Shown piece after piece: positions 17,934-29,100 of a DNA stretch of 64,000 nt (positions within the stretch are counted from its first letter, which is position 1; every line of letters begins with the position of its first letter). Under the pieces are notes generated by a model, which worked only from the letters and a program-made list of their open reading frames with translations, was not told the origin of the DNA and searched no databases. The position numbers were made by a program, and so were the translations under genes. Location of the stretch: NCBI GenBank assembly GCA_902799905.1, contig CADCCB010000002.1, positions 36,810 to 100,809 on the forward strand. The letters are read 5' to 3'. Source of the DNA: an uncultured Prevotellaceae bacterium. Its GTDB lineage: Bacteria > Bacteroidota > Bacteroidia > Bacteroidales > Bacteroidaceae.

Positions 17934-19761
17934 AATTGATGCGTTTGTTCTGTATTTCGGTGGCTTTCCTCTCTGAGGCCTCCGATAATTCTCCTTTTAA
18001 ATACTGTTCCATAATCAGGCCACCGATGGGTACGCCATAGGTGGCACCCCATCCGCCATTTTCCACATAGACGGCTACAGCAATCTTGGGCTCATCCATC
18101 GGAGCAAAGCCCATGAACACCGAGTGGTCGTGGCCACGGTTCTGTGCTGTACCGGTCTTGCCACAGGGCGTAAAGTCATAATGGGCCAGCGCTTTGCACG
18201 TACCTCCGAGAGCCGCCGATCGCATACCCAGCACCACATAGTCATAAGCCTCGCGACTGGCCATCGTGCGGCGACGCTGCGTGTACAGGCTGTCCAACTG
18301 CTCCCCCTCAATGGCTTTCACCACATGAGGCGTGATAAACCAGCCACGATTGGCAATGGTCGCCCCCAGGTTGGCTATCTGCAAGGGCGTAGCATTGACC
18401 TCACCCTGTCCGATGGAAATGGAGATAATTGACAGTCCATTCCATGTCTTATAGGCCTTGTCGTAGAACTGTGCATTGGGTATGAGTCCGCGTTTCTCGC
18501 CAGGCAGGTCAACGCCCAATTGATAGCCGAAGCCCATCGACACCATATAGTCACGCCATTTGTCCATAGCCACCTGCACCGTGCCGTATTTCTCCTTGTT
18601 GTTGATCATGTGGTACAGACCCCAACAGAAATAGCCGTTACACGAAGTAGAGATGGCGGGCACCAACGGCAACGGCGACCCGTGGCCGTGACAGCCCACG
18701 CGAAGGCCCTTGAAGACAAAGCCATGATAGCAGGGATAGGCCGTTTGACTGGTGATGATGCCCTCTGTCAGGAACGTCAGTCCCTGAGTCGTCTTAAAGG
18801 TAGAACCTGGCGGATACTGGCCCATGATGGAACGGTTGAGCAGTGGCTTCCATGCGTCGAGACCCAGTTCGCGCTGACTCTTCGCACGCTTACGGCCCAC
18901 CATGATACGAGGATCGTAACTGGGCGAACTGACCATGCACAACACCTCACCAGTTTGTGGCTCAATGGCTACAACAGACCCTATCTTTCCTTCCAAAAGA
19001 CGTTCACCCAGAGCCTGCAGTTGCAGGTCAATAGCCAGTGTGAGATTCTTGCCAGGCACAGGCGAATGGTCCAACTCGCCATGACGATAACTGCCCTGAA
19101 TACGTCCATGCGCATCACGCAACAGAATCTGCACACCTTTCTCACCACGGAGATACTTCTCGTAGGAGCGTTCCACACCCAGTTTTCCGATATAGTCGCC
19201 CGGCTGGTAGTAATCGTCCTCCTCTATCTCGCCCTGTGACACCTCGGCCACGTCACCCAGCACATGGGCGGCGTAGGGATACTCATACTGGCGGATACTT
19301 CGCTTCTGCACATAGAAGCCTGGGAAACGGTATATCTTCTCCTGAAACATGCTGAACTCCTCGTCCGACAACTGGTTCATGAACACCTGCTGTGTGAAAG
19401 GCGAATAGCCAGGATTCTTCGAGCGGTCCTTGATAGATGCCATCCGTGCATCGAAGTCCTCGCGGGTGATATCAAGCGTCTGACAGAGTTCCACCGTGTC
19501 AAGATGATGCTTCGCCTCGTTGATCACCACCATGATGTCGTAGGCCGGCTGGTTATAAACCATCAGTTCACCATTGCGGGCAGTAATGATGCCTCGCGAG
19601 GGATAGTCTATCTTCTTCAGGAAAGCGTTGGAGTCGGCATTCTTCTTGTAGTCGTCGCTCATCAGTTGGAGAGTGAACAGGCGTATGATATAAATGGTGA
19701 CAATGAGCACCGCCACGCCACCAATCACATACTTCCTATATTCAATTCCGTGTTCTTTCAC
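17914..19761 (-). CDS. mrdA: Penicillin-binding protein 2
   Basis: PPGSTFK (SxxK), SCNGY (SxN), GKTGTAQ; GTG start. Confidence 0.95.
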   Translation of the reverse strand: MKEHGIEYRKYVIGGVAVLIVTIYIIRLFTLQLMSDDYKKNADSNAFLKKIDYPSRGIITARNGELMVYNQPAYDIMVVINEAKHHLDTVELCQTLDITREDFDARMASIKDRSKNPGYSPFTQQVFMNQLSDEEFSMFQEKIYRFPGFYVQKRSIRQYEYPYAAHVLGDVAEVSQGEIEEDDYYQPGDYIGKLGVERSYEKYLRGEKGVQILLRDAHGRIQGSYRHGELDHSPVPGKNLTLAIDLQLQALGERLLEGKIGSVVAIEPQTGEVLCMVSSPSYDPRIMVGRKRAKSQRELGLDAWKPLLNRSIMGQYPPGSTFKTTQGLTFLTEGIITSQTAYPCYHGFVFKGLRVGCHGHGSPLPLVPAISTSCNGYFCWGLYHMINNKEKYGTVQVAMDKWRDYMVSMGFGYQLGVDLPGEKRGLIPNAQFYDKAYKTWNGLSIISISIGQGEVNATPLQIANLGATIANRGWFITPHVVKAIEGEQLDSLYTQRRRTMASREAYDYVVLGMRSAALGGTCKALAHYDFTPCGKTGTAQNRGHDHSVFMGFAPMDEPKIAVAVYVENGGWGATYGVPIGGLIMEQYLKGELSEASERKATEIQNKRINYGTEVR

Positions 19762-19764
19762 CGC

Positions 19765-20262
19765 CTACTTCCTGACACTCTCAAACGTGAATACCAAAAC
19801 CAAGGTGAGCACAACACTACCGCCAATGCTCTCCAGCCAGTTCAGCCAGTTGAAGAAACTGAACGACTCAAGCGTAAAGAACACCACACAATAGACAACC
19901 ACCAAGACAGAAGCCAAGGCCACGAAGTTGCCCCAGCCAAGGGCTTTTGCCGAAGCCTTGATGTTTTCCTCGGCATCACGTGGCAAGAACAGTTCTATCA
20001 GATAAGGCTGAAGAACGGCAGCCAGCGTCATACTGGCCGAGGCCAGTCCTGGGGTATTCAAGAACGCATCAACGCTCAGTCCCATCAGAAACGACCACAG
20101 CAGCAAGGCCCACTTGGGATAGTTCCTAGGGAAGATGATCACGAAATAAACATAAAGCAACGGCATGATGCAATGGTCAATCCTGATGCGATTAAGCACC
20201 AGGGCCTGCATCAGGCAGAGCAGCACCAGCAGCGACAGACGGCGAATGGAATCCAAGAGCAT
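19765..20262 (-). CDS. mreD: Rod shape-determining protein MreD
   Basis: Hydrophobic protein with GLSVDAF..TPG, between mreC and mrdA. Confidence 0.9.
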   Translation of the reverse strand: MLLDSIRRLSLLVLLCLMQALVLNRIRIDHCIMPLLYVYFVIIFPRNYPKWALLLWSFLMGLSVDAFLNTPGLASASMTLAAVLQPYLIELFLPRDAEENIKASAKALGWGNFVALASVLVVVYCVVFFTLESFSFFNWLNWLESIGGSVVLTLVLVFTFESVRK

Positions 20263-20268
20263 AACAGT

Positions 20269-21141
20269 CTAACGGTTACTGGGGTTATACAATTCGAGCG
20301 AGTCGAGGGCGGCCTTCTCAAGATGCATGCGCTCAATCATGCTCTTGTCTGTGATGACACATACATCACGCAGGGTCGAGAAATCCGTTGACAACAGGAT
20401 ATGAAGTCTGTATGACATGCCGTCAGGCGAATCCTCCACATCAACAACCTTTCCCACGGAGATGCCTGAGGGGAAGATTGCCGAGAAGCCGCTAGTCTCC
20501 AACCAGTCGCCCTTCTCGAACCTCGCATGGCGGGGGATGTCCTCCACCAAGGCTCGCATAGGATTCTCGCCATTCCATGTCACATAGCCAAAGTAGCCAC
20601 GGCCCCGAATCCTACAACTGATGCGCGATCGACGGTTCAACAGGGGGAGCACCACTGAGTAGTGCTCACTGGCCTGATAGACCACGCCCACCAGACCCGT
20701 TCCACAAACCACACCCATATCGGCCTCCACGCCATCAGCCTTGCCGCGGTCGATGGTCATCAGATTATCCAGGTTGTTCACTGAGTTCGACACGACCTTG
20801 GCGGGTATCCACTCAAATTGACTGATATGTGCCATCTCCTGCTGCTGCAGTTCCGTCGAGTCTACACCCATGTCTATCACCTGTTGGCGCAGTCTGCCAA
20901 CCTCTTGTTCCAGAAAGATGTTACGTTCTGACAAATGCTCGTTGATGGAGGTCAACGAGAAGAACTGTCTGACAGCACTTTCCCACTCGTACACCTTACC
21001 CACCACGGCATTGGCTGACGATATCCACACACTGCCCTGATAACTGTTGTAACCGAACAGCATCAAACCACTGACCACTTCCAACAAAAGGAAGATCAGC
21101 CAGTGGTAGTTCTTGGTGAGAAACGCCTGCAGGTTATGCAT
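20269..21141 (-). CDS. mreC: Rod shape-determining protein MreC
   Basis: TIDRGKADGV, GLVGVV, TSGFSAIFP.GI.VG. Confidence 0.93.
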   Translation of the reverse strand: MHNLQAFLTKNYHWLIFLLLEVVSGLMLFGYNSYQGSVWISSANAVVGKVYEWESAVRQFFSLTSINEHLSERNIFLEQEVGRLRQQVIDMGVDSTELQQQEMAHISQFEWIPAKVVSNSVNNLDNLMTIDRGKADGVEADMGVVCGTGLVGVVYQASEHYSVVLPLLNRRSRISCRIRGRGYFGYVTWNGENPMRALVEDIPRHARFEKGDWLETSGFSAIFPSGISVGKVVDVEDSPDGMSYRLHILLSTDFSTLRDVCVITDKSMIERMHLEKAALDSLELYNPSNR

Positions 21142-21142
21142 T

Positions 21143-22165
21143 CTATCTCATGAGGAACGAGAAACGATCCACATTCTTCAGGGCTATACCGGCACCCTTG
21201 GCCACACAGTGCAAGGGATCCTCAGCCACAATGAATGGGATGTTGATCTTGTCAGTCAGGCGCTTGTCGAGACCACGGAGCAGAGCACCGCCGCCAGTGA
21301 GGTAGATACCATTCTTCACAATGTCGGCATAGAGTTCTGGCGGTGTATTCTCCAGGGCAGAGAGCACTGCAGACTCAATACGAGCCACCGTCTTGTCCAG
21401 ACAATGAGCAATCTCCTGATAGCACACGGGAACCTCCATCGGCAGGGCTGTGATACGGTTCGGGCCATGAACCACATAGTCATCGGGACCCTCGTCGCCC
21501 AGGTCGGTCAATGCCGAGCCCACATTGATCTTCACACGCTCGGCCATACGCTCCGACACCTTCACATTGTGCTGGCGCGACATATACTCCTGAATGTCAG
21601 CCGTCAGGTCGTCACCTGCCACCTTGATACTGCTGTTCGACACGATGCCGCCCAGCGAGATGACGGCAATCTCCGTCGTACCGCCGCCGATATCCACAAT
21701 CATATTGCCCTCGGGGGCCTCCACGTCAATACCAATACCGATGGCAGCAGCCATAGGCTCGAATATCAGATACACGTCACGGCCGTCAGCATGCTCGGCA
21801 GAATCACGCACGGCGCGCAACTCCACTTCGGTTGAGCCGCTGGGCACGCCAATCACCATGCGGAGTGAAGGCGAAAAGAAGTGACGACCCGTATGCACCA
21901 TCTTTATCAGGCCACGCATCATCTGCTCGCAGGCAGAGAAGTCAGCAATCACACCATCGCGCAATGGGCGGATGGTACGTATGTTGTCGTGTGTTTTTTC
22001 ATACATCATTTTAGCCTGTTGTCCCACAGCGATCATCTTATCGGTGCGGCGGTCGAGTGCAACGACCGAAGGCTCGTCAACCACGATCTTGTCATCACTG
22101 ATGATAATCGTGTTGGCTGTGCCAAGGTCCATGGCCAGTTCTTGTCTAAAACTAAAGAATCCCAT
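21143..22165 (-). CDS. mreB: Rod shape-determining protein MreB
   Basis: MDLGTANT, RPLRDGVIADF, VDIGGGTTE, LTGGGALL. Confidence 0.97.
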   Translation of the reverse strand: MGFFSFRQELAMDLGTANTIIISDDKIVVDEPSVVALDRRTDKMIAVGQQAKMMYEKTHDNIRTIRPLRDGVIADFSACEQMMRGLIKMVHTGRHFFSPSLRMVIGVPSGSTEVELRAVRDSAEHADGRDVYLIFEPMAAAIGIGIDVEAPEGNMIVDIGGGTTEIAVISLGGIVSNSSIKVAGDDLTADIQEYMSRQHNVKVSERMAERVKINVGSALTDLGDEGPDDYVVHGPNRITALPMEVPVCYQEIAHCLDKTVARIESAVLSALENTPPELYADIVKNGIYLTGGGALLRGLDKRLTDKINIPFIVAEDPLHCVAKGAGIALKNVDRFSFLMR

Positions 22166-22206
22166 TCTAATTTACAATTTGACGATTTAGGATTTACAAT
22201 TTGGAT

Positions 22207-22800
22207 TTATTTTGTAAACCAGTTATGGATGGCAGTATCATAGTGTGAACTCACGCCAAAAGCACGGGCTGCAAACATCCGGCGGTCCTCAATGTCGGTC
22301 TGCGCGCCCTTCTTGTTCAGGATGTCGAGCAGCACGCCATACTCTGCCTTCGAAGGCACGATTACCACGTCCTTGAAATTCTTGGCACCAGCACGGATCA
22401 GCGAGATGCCACCAATATCGATCTTCTCGATAATATCAGCCTCTGAGGCTCCGCTGGCAACCGTCTGTTCAAAGGGATAGAGGTCTACGATGACCAAGTC
22501 TATCTCAGGTATCTCATATTTTGCCATCTGCTCACGGTCACCCTCATTGTCACGACGGCCCAGAATACCTCCAAACACTTTGGGATGGAGCGTCTTAACA
22601 CGACCGCCAAGGATAGAGGGATAAGTAGTCACATCCTCTACTTTCTGACAGGGATAGCCCTGCTCCTCAATAAACTTCTGCGTACCTCCCGTCGACAGGA
22701 ACTTCACGCCTTCTTCATTCAGTTTCTTCAACAACTCGTCCAATCCGTCCTTGTGAAAAACGGAGATGAGTGCCGTCTTGATTTTCTTCTCTTCTGCCAT
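22207..22800 (-). CDS. purH: Stand-alone IMP cyclohydrolase (PurH N-terminal MGS-like domain only)
   Basis: ALISVFHKDG, STGGT, GGRVKTLHP, LYPFE, IDIGG.SL.RAGAKN; ends at 197 aa with no transformylase domain. Confidence 0.85.
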   Translation of the reverse strand: MAEEKKIKTALISVFHKDGLDELLKKLNEEGVKFLSTGGTQKFIEEQGYPCQKVEDVTTYPSILGGRVKTLHPKVFGGILGRRDNEGDREQMAKYEIPEIDLVIVDLYPFEQTVASGASEADIIEKIDIGGISLIRAGAKNFKDVVIVPSKAEYGVLLDILNKKGAQTDIEDRRMFAARAFGVSSHYDTAIHNWFTK

Positions 22801-23029
22801 ACCTGATAATTAATCTTTATATGATAATGCTATATATAACAAATAGGCTGCAAATTTACGAAATAAATATCAATTATCCATTATCAATCATCAATTATTT
22901 TCCCGCTTCCCCCAAATAATTATCAATTATCAATTTTTTCTTTGCAACACGCCATAGTAGGAAGTACTCATGCTCGAAAAAACAAAGATTCTTTTGGGTT
23001 TTTACGCGCTAATTCGTACCTTTGCACCC

Positions 23030-24280
23030 ATGAAACTAAAAGATTTTGAAATCATGGCCCCCGTTGGCAGCCGCGACTCACTGGTGGCAGCCATCCAGGC
23101 CGGTGCCGACTCCATCTACTTCGGCATCGAGAAACTGAACATGAGGGCCCACTCCGCATCGACCTTCACCATCGATGACCTGCGCGAGATTGCCCAGACC
23201 TGCAGTGAGCACGGCATCAAGTCATACCTAACCGTCAACACCATCATCTATGGTGAGGACATCCCTTTGATGCATGAGATTGTTGACGCGGCCCACGAAG
23301 CCGGCATCTCCGCCATCATCGCCAGCGATGTGGCCGTGATGACCTACTGCCAAAAGGTGGGGCAGGAAGTACACCTGAGCACTCAGTTGAACATCTCCAA
23401 CATTGAGGCATTGCGGTTCTATGCCCAGTTTGCCGATGTCGTGGTGTTGGCCCGTGAACTGAATATCGACCAGGTGACGGAGATTCACCGCCAGATTGAG
23501 GAGGATAACATCTGCGGCCCCAGTGGTGAGCGCGTACGCATCGAGATGTTCTGTCACGGTGCTCTCTGCATGGCCATCAGCGGCAAGTGCTACATGAGTC
23601 TCCACGCCGCCAACCGCTCTGCAAACCGTGGCGAGTGCATCCAGGTCTGCCGACGCAGTTATACCGCCACCGACAACGAGACAGGCTATCAACTGGCTAT
23701 TGACAACAAATACATCATGTCGCCAAAAGACCTGAAAACCATCCGTTTCATCGATAAATTAATGAACGCGGGCGTGCGTGTATTCAAGATTGAAGGCCGT
23801 GCCCGCGGACCGGAATATGTCTACACCGTGGTGCAATGCTACAAAGAAGCCATCCAGTCCGTACTCGACGGTACTTTTACCACAGACAGGAAAGATGCTT
23901 GGGATGAGCGCCTGGCCCGTGTGTTCAACCGTGGTTTCTGGGATGGCTACTACCAAGGACAACTGATGGGCGAATGGAACAAGGAATACGGCTCCTGCGC
24001 CACTGAGCGCAAAGTCTATATCGGCAAAGGTGTGAAGTATTTCTCCCGCCTGGGTGTGGCAGAGTTCGCTGTCGAGGCCAACACCTTCGAGATTGGCGAC
24101 AAGTTGCTGGTGACTGGTCCTACCACGGGGGTGATGTATCTCACTGCCACTGAGATTCACGACAACGATGGCCGTCCCGTTGAAAAAGCACCACAGGGAC
24201 AGCGTGTAGCCATCCCTGTGAGTGGTAAGATTCGTCCCAGTGACAAACTATTCAAGTTGGTAACTGAAAGAACAGAGTAG
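23030..24280 (+). CDS. Peptidase U32 family protein (RNA hydroxylation-type)
   Basis: MAPVGS, GADSIYFG, HLSTQLN, HGALCMAISGKC, NRGECIQVCR, FKIEGR; ATG 23030 just after TACCTTTG. Confidence 0.9.
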   Translation: MKLKDFEIMAPVGSRDSLVAAIQAGADSIYFGIEKLNMRAHSASTFTIDDLREIAQTCSEHGIKSYLTVNTIIYGEDIPLMHEIVDAAHEAGISAIIASDVAVMTYCQKVGQEVHLSTQLNISNIEALRFYAQFADVVVLARELNIDQVTEIHRQIEEDNICGPSGERVRIEMFCHGALCMAISGKCYMSLHAANRSANRGECIQVCRRSYTATDNETGYQLAIDNKYIMSPKDLKTIRFIDKLMNAGVRVFKIEGRARGPEYVYTVVQCYKEAIQSVLDGTFTTDRKDAWDERLARVFNRGFWDGYYQGQLMGEWNKEYGSCATERKVYIGKGVKYFSRLGVAEFAVEANTFEIGDKLLVTGPTTGVMYLTATEIHDNDGRPVEKAPQGQRVAIPVSGKIRPSDKLFKLVTERTE

Positions 24281-24290
24281 GAAGATTGGC

Positions 24291-26090
24291 TTAATAGCCA
24301 ACCTTTCCTCCCCATTTCAGATACCAGTTTCTAGGTTCATTCAAGTCAACTTTGATTTCACCCTTCATGGCATTAACCTCATTGCTGCCTCGACGGGCAT
24401 AGATGCGGTTAGCCAGGAAGGCCGGCTCGTTGCGATAGAGTGCCATGCGCATCAGGTCGTAGAAGCGCAGACCCTCGAAAGCAAACTCCAATGCACCCTC
24501 ATCGGCAATCATGACATCGACCAAGTCCTTCTGATAGTCAATACGAGCCAGTGAGTCGGTGATTGTCGTATCGTCAGGCATGGCGTAGTACTTGCTGATA
24601 TACGACAGACCCGATCCACGGCTGTGCAGACCCTGCATGTTAGGTGTGCCAGTTGTCGCCGTCGTAGAACGGGCGATGTAACGGGTGTCGGGGAAGTCGA
24701 AACTCTTAATCCATGTGGAGTCAGCCGTGTAGTAAGGTATCACCTCGCTACGAATGACCTTGTTGCTCAAACCACGAGCCAGGATCTGATAGGCAAAACG
24801 CGGATAGCCGGCATGATTCAATGCCTCTGCCAAGTGTAGCCATATCATCTGACGGCGCCAGATATGCGTATTACGCGTACGATACTTAGCGATGGTCTGT
24901 GTCGTCACACGCTGGTTGTTATAATAGGAATGTCCCTCATTGTAGGTAGCATAGAAGCGAAGGTCACCCTGCTGGTAGTCATCGAAACCCACATCCTGAG
25001 GCGCATAGATGGTGTCGCCGTCCTGATAGACACAGAAGGTCTGTGCAGCCGAGAGGGTCATCAGGCTCTTCGACGGAGTGAGGCTCACCTCGTGCCACTC
25101 GTTGGTAACGGGGTCGAATGAGTTGAACACATTGCGCAGTTCGAAATAGTTACCATTATAAGGGATGGAGTCGCCCGGAATCATCGTGATGAGTTCACCC
25201 TGCGAAGCGTAAGTCTCTGTATAGACAGAACTCAACGTACTAACTATTCCCGTCCAGTTGGCGTTTGCCCACTCTATGCGGTCTGTTCCTGTGGGATAGG
25301 TGCTGTTGTCACCGTTACGCTGCGAGATATAGCGATAGTACCATTCGGCAGCCTTCTTGTAGTGACCAGCCCAGAGGTTCAGTTCACCCAGCAGTATTCT
25401 TACGGGGAAATAGAACAATGTGGAATTGGTCTTATAGCCAATATCACCATAATACGGATGTTCACCGTTCAACTGGAGATAGCGGTCTTCGGCAACTGGT
25501 GTCAGGTCGTTGATGAGCCAGTCGCAGATATACTGCATATCTCTGGTGGTGCCATTCTCCAACTGCTCAGCCTGCTCCTTGGTCATGATGGGCTCTGTGA
25601 TGAAGGGCACCTGGCCGTAGTTCATAGCCAATTGCAAGTAGGTCCAAGCACGGAAGCACTTCACGGCTGCTATCTCACGCTTGAAGATGGTGTCGTTTCG
25701 GCTGTTATGAAGAACGGAATCGGCATGAGCCAGAAAATAGTTACAGTTGTTGATGACGGCATAGTAGTCGCGCGGCTGGTTATACTTGTTGTCATCAGTG
25801 ATATTGAAGAGCGCCACATTACGCAGGTCGGCCGATGTTGCATCGGTGACATCTGTCAGGTCGCCGCGTGCCTCACCTAGCAGGATGGTCCTGTCGGCCA
25901 GGTTCTGCAGTTTCTTCATGATACCCGTCACGCTATAGATGGTGTCGGTGGCATCATTCAGGCTATGCTGGTCGTCGAACATCACATGGTCAGACTCTTG
26001 CTCGAAGAAATCCTCACAGGACGAGAGTGTTGCAGCGCCAAGGAATCCGACTACACCGACGAATAACAGTTTATATGCTTTGGTAATCAT
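24291..26090 (-). CDS. RagB/SusD family lipoprotein (SusD2)
   Basis: Lipobox LSSC, YYAVINNCNYF, RAWTYL.L...YG.VP, EFAFEGLRFYDLMR. Confidence 0.92.
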   Translation of the reverse strand: MITKAYKLLFVGVVGFLGAATLSSCEDFFEQESDHVMFDDQHSLNDATDTIYSVTGIMKKLQNLADRTILLGEARGDLTDVTDATSADLRNVALFNITDDNKYNQPRDYYAVINNCNYFLAHADSVLHNSRNDTIFKREIAAVKCFRAWTYLQLAMNYGQVPFITEPIMTKEQAEQLENGTTRDMQYICDWLINDLTPVAEDRYLQLNGEHPYYGDIGYKTNSTLFYFPVRILLGELNLWAGHYKKAAEWYYRYISQRNGDNSTYPTGTDRIEWANANWTGIVSTLSSVYTETYASQGELITMIPGDSIPYNGNYFELRNVFNSFDPVTNEWHEVSLTPSKSLMTLSAAQTFCVYQDGDTIYAPQDVGFDDYQQGDLRFYATYNEGHSYYNNQRVTTQTIAKYRTRNTHIWRRQMIWLHLAEALNHAGYPRFAYQILARGLSNKVIRSEVIPYYTADSTWIKSFDFPDTRYIARSTTATTGTPNMQGLHSRGSGLSYISKYYAMPDDTTITDSLARIDYQKDLVDVMIADEGALEFAFEGLRFYDLMRMALYRNEPAFLANRIYARRGSNEVNAMKGEIKVDLNEPRNWYLKWGGKVGY

Positions 26091-26119
26091 AATTATAATT
26101 TTCAATTATCAATTTTCAA

Positions 26120-29100
26120 TTATAGGTTAATCTTCACACCAGCCACGATAGAGCGGCTCTGACCGACACGTCCGAGGTCGATACCCTGACCGATGACATT
26201 CGAGGTCATGGTAAACTCTGGATCGGTGCCCAAGTACTTGGTGAAAGTCAGCAGGTTGTTACCCTGAATCCAGAAGCGCAGGCCCTGGATGAACTCCGAG
26301 TTGAGCGGCAGGTCGTAACTGAGGGTCACCGTCTTCAGGCGCAGGTAACTGCCATCCTCTATCCAACGGTCACTGAACCGAGCGTTACCCATAGGATCCT
26401 GGAAAGCCACCTTCGGCATGTCGGTCTGCTGTCCTTCCTTCTGCCAGCGATTCGTCATGGCCGTCGTCTGGTTCATGAAGCGGCTTCCTGACTCCAGTTG
26501 TGAGCGCATGTAGTTATAGACATCATTACCCAGCGAATAGTTGAAGCGAACGTCAAGTTTGAAATGCTTCCAGGCCAGCGAGGTAAAGATGTTACCATAG
26601 ATATCGGGGTTCGGGTCGCCAATGACAACACGGTCGTCCTTATTGATCTCGCCATTGCCGTCAACATCGACAAAGTGCATGTCACCTGCTCCGAAATAGG
26701 TACGGGTCACACCGTTGTCACCCAGGATATAGAGTCCTGCTTCATTTGCTTCCTCTGTCGTGGCAAACACGCCCTGTGTCTTGTAGCCATAGAACAGGTT
26801 GGCAGCCTGTCCTATTTCCGTACGTATGGTGCCACCATAGATATCTTGCTCCAAGTAAGTGGCATTGTCTGCCAGTTCCTTGATCTTATTCTTATAGTGA
26901 CCTACACTGGCACCTACCTGCCACTGCCATTCCTTCAGGGCCAGTACCTTCACGTTGGCTGTCACGTCGAAGCCTTCGTTCTGCAGTTTGCCGCCGTTGG
27001 TCCAGTTCTTGTCAAGACCAGTGAGGAAACTCAGTGCCTGATAGTTTAGCAGGTTATCCGTGTTAGAGCGGAAATAATTCAGGCTCATCGACAGGCGGTT
27101 GTTGAAGAAGTTGCCTTCAATGCCTGCATTCAGCCTGCGTGTGGTCTCCCATTGTATCGAGGTATTGCCAATGCCATCGATGCTCAGGCTCGAGATGGCA
27201 GCCAAGAACTGCGATGCACGGAAGTAGGTACGGGCAGCAAAATAGTCGATATCATCGTTACCGCTGATGTCGTAACCAGCCGTCAAGCGCAGATAGTCTA
27301 TACCACTGACATTGGCCATCCAAGGCTCGTTGGTCAGCACCCATGAAGCCTGCACTGCGGGGAAGATGCCCCATGCCACGCCAAACAGTTTCAGACCGCT
27401 GGCATTCTTTCCGAAGCGGGAAGAACTCTCGCCAGTGAGATTGGCCTGCAGGTAATAGCGGTTCTTATAGTCATATTCTGCCTGGGCATACATGGCCATG
27501 GAGTTCCATGAGTCGTTGGCACCTTGCAACTGCAGGTAGGCGTTGTTATTGCTGATATAGGGGGTCTTATCACTACCGGTGTTGTAGCCCAACTGCGAAT
27601 TGAGGGTATAGTTCTCCCAGTTGATACGCACGCCGCCAAAGACATGGAGGTTGTGTGCGTCATAGCGGTTGGTCCAGTCCAGACGGGTATCACTCATCAC
27701 CGAGTTCTGCTTGGAGAAGAGCGAACGCACCTCGTTGTCCACCTTATTATTGACACTCGACACATAGTAGCGGGGCACACCATTGATAGGTATGTAGTAC
27801 TTCTCGTTGGTATTGACCAGATTGTAACTGAAGTGTTCGCTGAGCGAGAGGTGGTCGTTGAACTTGAACTTCGGCTTAACGGCCAGATTGAGCATCGAGT
27901 TCTCAAAGCGGTTCTTGTTAGGCGCATCAGCATACTCATTCAGAGCCACGGGATTGGCCAACTTCCAGTTGTAATTGCGGTAGTATGTCAATGCCTCCGT
28001 GAGATACGATTCCTCGTCGATGTCCAGGTGATCGGTGATATACGATGTGTAGCGGTCGGGGTGGGCATAGTTGTAGGGGCTCATGAAGGGGCTCTTCACG
28101 TATGCCAGGAACGATGGCGATGTCGTCGTACCCTCATCGTAACTCTCGGGTGCACCGTCGTTACGGATGTTGCGCGTCTGGTTGGAGAACGAGGCATCGA
28201 AGCGCACGTCGAGTTTGCTCAGCAGTGCGATGTCGGTGTTGAAACGGATGTTCAGACGATCCATATCGTTATACTTCAATGGACTCTTGGCCATGGTGTA
28301 ATTGACCGACAGGTTGTAGTTGGCCACGTTATCACCACCTTCCACATTGACACCATAGTTCTGGGTCACAGCCGTCTTATAGACCTGTTCCTTCCAATCC
28401 GTATTGTTGTGATAGTGCTTATAATAATAGTACGTGGGATCCTCGTTCAGGAACTTGAACTCTGTACTGGTCGTACCCGTAGAGCCGAGCAGTTCAGATG
28501 CATAGCCACGATACTGGTCACCGTCGAGCACCGAATAGTACTTCGGCTCTAACACTACACCTGCAGAAGCCGTAGCCGTGATACGGGTAGCCATGGACTG
28601 ACTGCGGTGCGTCTCGATAAGGATGACACCGTTGGCACCCTTTGCGCCATAGAGAGCCGTACCATTACGCATCACCGTCACCTTGGCGATGTCGGCAGGG
28701 TTCACATTGTTCAGGATATCGTTATAGAAGCCGTCATGCAGCAACGTGCGGCCATACTGCTGCTCGACGATAACTCCGTCGATGACAATCAGCGGCTGAG
28801 CATTGACGTTCAGCGAGTTGAGACCCTGCACGAACATCACGCTACCAATACCTGGCATACCGCTACGCGCCGTCGTATAGACCTGTGCACCCAGTTGCTT
28901 CTGAATTTCATCCTTGATATTCAGCGCATTGGTGTATTGGAAGTCGGAGGCGGCATAGTTGCTGAGCGAATTGGTCTGTGCCTGATATTCCGCATCAAAA
29001 TTGGCGGAATAGAGGCTGGCTGTCTTCTGCCGCTCGTCAGCCTGCAAACCAATCTTCACAGGATTGTAGTCAGGTGAGGTGATGAACAGCGACGAGGTGA

